From Paraspadella gotoi (lineage: Eukaryota; Animalia; Chaetognatha), in contig CM119268.1 of NCBI GenBank assembly GCA_051294375.1, positions 9,607,216-9,671,215 on the forward strand: 64,000 bases of DNA. The letters run 5' to 3'. Both the position numbers and the translations under genes were made by a program. Of this stretch, positions 61,026 through 64,000 are shown one piece after another (position 1 is the first letter of the stretch; every line of letters starts with the position of its first letter). The notes under the pieces are model-generated. The model saw only the letters and a program-made list of their open reading frames with translations. It searched no databases and was not told where the DNA came from.

Positions 61026-61817
61026 TTCAGGAAAACCGTCGTCGTCGCATATCAAACGATGAGTCAATAAATGAAGTACACTAGATGGAACAGCGAAATT
61101 CGATTTTCCGCTGTTGTTGTTCTTGCTAGCGCGTTGAGCTTCCAAAGATAAACAAATTTAACCCCATTCATTATCGAATTTTAAAAAGTTTGACCTTTGG
61201 AAATAACCGAGAAACATAGATCGACGTCGAGAAGACCCGAAGAACTTCACTAACACATTCAGATTCACTTCACATTCGACGAACTGTCCGTCTCCACTCC
61301 CCAGTCCCCAGTCCGCACAGCTCTCGAAGTTTAACTTCTTTGAGTCAAATGGTCGAGTAAAAAAAAGTGGACTGGAGGTGGAGGGGGCTGCTAATCTTCG
61401 AGAGAGAGTTTAGATAAAGTTTATCATAAAGTAATAAACACTAAAAACGTTTTTCATGAAACTTATATTTCTTTTTTTTCGAATGAAGCTAAGTACTTAA
61501 AAAAAAACCAATAAAAGGATTTAAACTTTGTTATATTTCAAATGTTTAACAAATTAAAATATATAGAAAGATATAGATATTATCATTAAAGAGAAAGAGA
61601 AAAATAGAGAGATAAATATTGAGAGATATAGATTTTCTCCAAGGCAGCAACGCAACGTTTCCAAGCGTGTTTTTGTTCTTGTCTTTGTTTTTTTTTGTTT
61701 TGTTTTTCATATCTTTTTTTTTTTCATTTTAAAAAAATGTGGAAGAGCGCTTCTGGCCGGGTTCCGGCCGCGAGGGGGCGGGTCGCGGCTCCTCGAAGGC
61801 GCGTCCGTCGGCGTCTC

Positions 61818-63814
61818 TCACTCTTCCGTCTCCGACTCGCTCTCCTCCTCCTCTTCCTCCTTCTCTCGCTGGACGAGGATGACGCTCCAAACGACTTGAA
61901 CGGCTTCCAATCCTGAGAAATCCCCCCCCCCAACTTCGAATTAAAAACTCGTTATTTTATTCATTTATTTTTACTTTTTTTTTCTCTGAAGTTCGTCTTT
62001 TGAATTTTTCTTTTTTTTTTTTTAATTTCGTGAAGCATTTACGCGAATATATTTCCGACGGTTAATCACTTTCGCTTTCCGGCAAGATTTTTATCGATCG
62101 CTCGATACTTTTAAATTGATTTCAAGCCGCCGGCGGGTCCGAAGTCTATTACAATTTCCCATCATTTTCACTCTTTTCGCCAAGTCGCCCCCACACCTCT
62201 CTCTCTCCCTTACATCAAATTGCTCGCATAGAGCGCATTTTCTTTTTGCTCTCTCGCTCTCTTCTGCTGATCTCCCTCTGCTACTTGGTTATCTTTTGCT
62301 ATAGTCCACATTCTACTTCAATCCTGATCCTTAACTTCCTTCTGCTCTTTTGTTCCCGTATGCCCTTCTGCTTCTCTGCTTCCTCCTATAATCTATATAT
62401 AAATATATATATATATATCTATATTCTCACTTTCGATACCCTTCTCTTTCTCTCCCTCCTTTTCCTTCACTTCCCTCAACTTTAAAGTTTAATTCTTTCC
62501 AACGCCCTGTTTATTTGCAACCCTTTTTCCCCCCGACTCCTCCTTCAATCCCTTCTGCCCACCTGATCCTCACCAACACGTCCGCTTTACTCGCTCTTCC
62601 TCACCAACCCGTCCGCTTTCCTCGTTTGCCCAGAGCGAAACAAGGATCAATAAACAACATTTGTTTTTTTAAGTCTCTATTAATGGAAATGCTGTTCACG
62701 ATGAGCAACCCATTCGTTTTTCTTTAATTTATTTGTTTATTCTGCAGTTGTTTATTTACAAATTTAAATATTACTTTCATGAATTTTTTAAAAACTTTAA
62801 AAATTGAGATAGCGAGGTCAAAATAACTTTTAAATTCATGCCGTACGTTCGTTAATCAACTCATAATTTTCCTATTTCGACTCATTTTAAGAAACGCTCA
62901 GCTCAGGGTCCCCGACTGCTCACTTACGCAAATATCGCTTTGAATTAAGATCGCAACCAATCTGGATTCAGAAATGAAAATTAATGAGTTTTTCCCTAAT
63001 CGAGGCAAGAAACTCGCGCCCTTCGGCAGAGGTGGTGATTGTTCGAAGCATTTTGAGTTGAAGGGGGGGGCTGAGGGGGGTAGGTAGAGAATGAAATTTT
63101 TCGTAACGAGATTCCGATTCAGTGGCCTTCCTTCGGGGCAGCCTCGTCTGCTAGGGTGTTTTCCGTTTAATAGGATACCCGTCGTCCAAAAATAGACGCC
63201 AAGACGATTAACAAACTACATGAGATTTATCGGGTCACTGATTAGAGAACGAGGACAGGACTATCCCGGGAATAGCAAATTAAAGACAAAGATTTAAACT
63301 GAAATTCAAATTGAGAATTGTAAAAAGTCGACGAAATGTTAATAATAATTCACGACTCTGGATTAAACCTGATTCGCTTTTAAACGAAAAAAAAAGTTTT
63401 TCCTCTCCACTAAAAAGTTAAAAAATATTTTATAAAGGGGCAAGTATTACCCAAAGAGGTCACTCGTGGAGGAAAATCACCCTGGTACCAGGACCACCCT
63501 ATTTTCGATAACAAGATGAGGAAAATTAGCGTCAAATTAGTTGGACTGACAGGAGGAAAACTAAAAACTATTTTTCCGACGTCTTTAATTTATTTCTTTA
63601 TTCAATCGGGGTCGTGAACCGGTTAGGTGTGCGTTTACGCTCCGGCCGTAAATTTGGTTTATAGTTCTAAAAAAAGCATTTTGACACATGAATCAATACA
63701 AAAGCTCACCAATGAAAACGCAGACGAGAATGAGGTTCACGCACATGGCCATAAGGTGCCGATCCATGTTCACCGCCTTGTGTTTCCAAATCATGTAGCC
63801 GCAGCCCCGACGGT
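61818..63814 (-). CDS. Last two exons (63814-63710, 61912-61818) of a membrane protein entering from the right edge, possibly a divergent tetraspanin
   Basis: ttttcag|ACCG...ATTG|gtgagc and ttctcag|GATT join in phase 1 to give RRGCGYMIWKHKAVNMDRHLMAMCVNLILVCVFIGLEAVQVVWSVILVQREKEEEEEESESETEE*: GC, then a TM helix with polar E/Q, then an acidic tail. Confidence 0.55.
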
Positions 63815-63922
63815 CTGAAAAGACGGGAGAGAGAGAGAGAGAGAATGTGAGAGATAGAGTCAATGGGGACCAATAAAATGGATTAAAAAAAGAAGACAGA
63901 CGAGGTGAAGAAAAGGAAAGAA

Positions 63923-63954
<32 letters not shown>

Positions 63955-64000
63955 TAAGAAAATAAAATAAAAAAAGGAAGCAAAGAAAGAAAAAAGGTTA

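Noticed and set aside
63710-63814. Alternative TM exon of the globin (also phase 1)
   Set aside because: It joins more naturally to exon 61912-61818, completing a TM helix and stop. Not formally excluded without RNA data.

Overview
Gene-dense segment of an invertebrate animal genome (AT-rich, mostly 55-150 nt GT-AG introns, GA/CT microsatellites; egghead is present, which vertebrates lack). I spliced the exons by hand. In order: an MRH-domain (CD-M6PR/ATG27-like) type I membrane protein (+), a Ly6/three-finger-like secreted protein (+), an orphan first exon (-), otubain (-), an intronless exportin-6 (+), diaphanous formin (+), egghead (+), annexin (-), MRGBP/Eaf7 (+), delta-COP (+), a six-exon globin whose domain the ORF track misses (-), and the last two exons of a membrane protein entering from the right edge (-). 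Intergenic and intronic DNA holds hAT-type and Tc1-type MITEs, tRNA-derived SINEs, foldback elements, a decayed LINE and a Penelope-type minimal hammerhead ribozyme. The strongest candidate for novelty is the globin. It appears to have an N-terminal transmembrane signal-anchor, lacks both ancestral globin introns, and carries a sense-strand hammerhead in intron 1. Also notable: a probable GG-AG intron in MRGBP, modular FH1 exons in the formin and an acidic Trp tail on the annexin. All family calls come from motif recognition; no database search was run.
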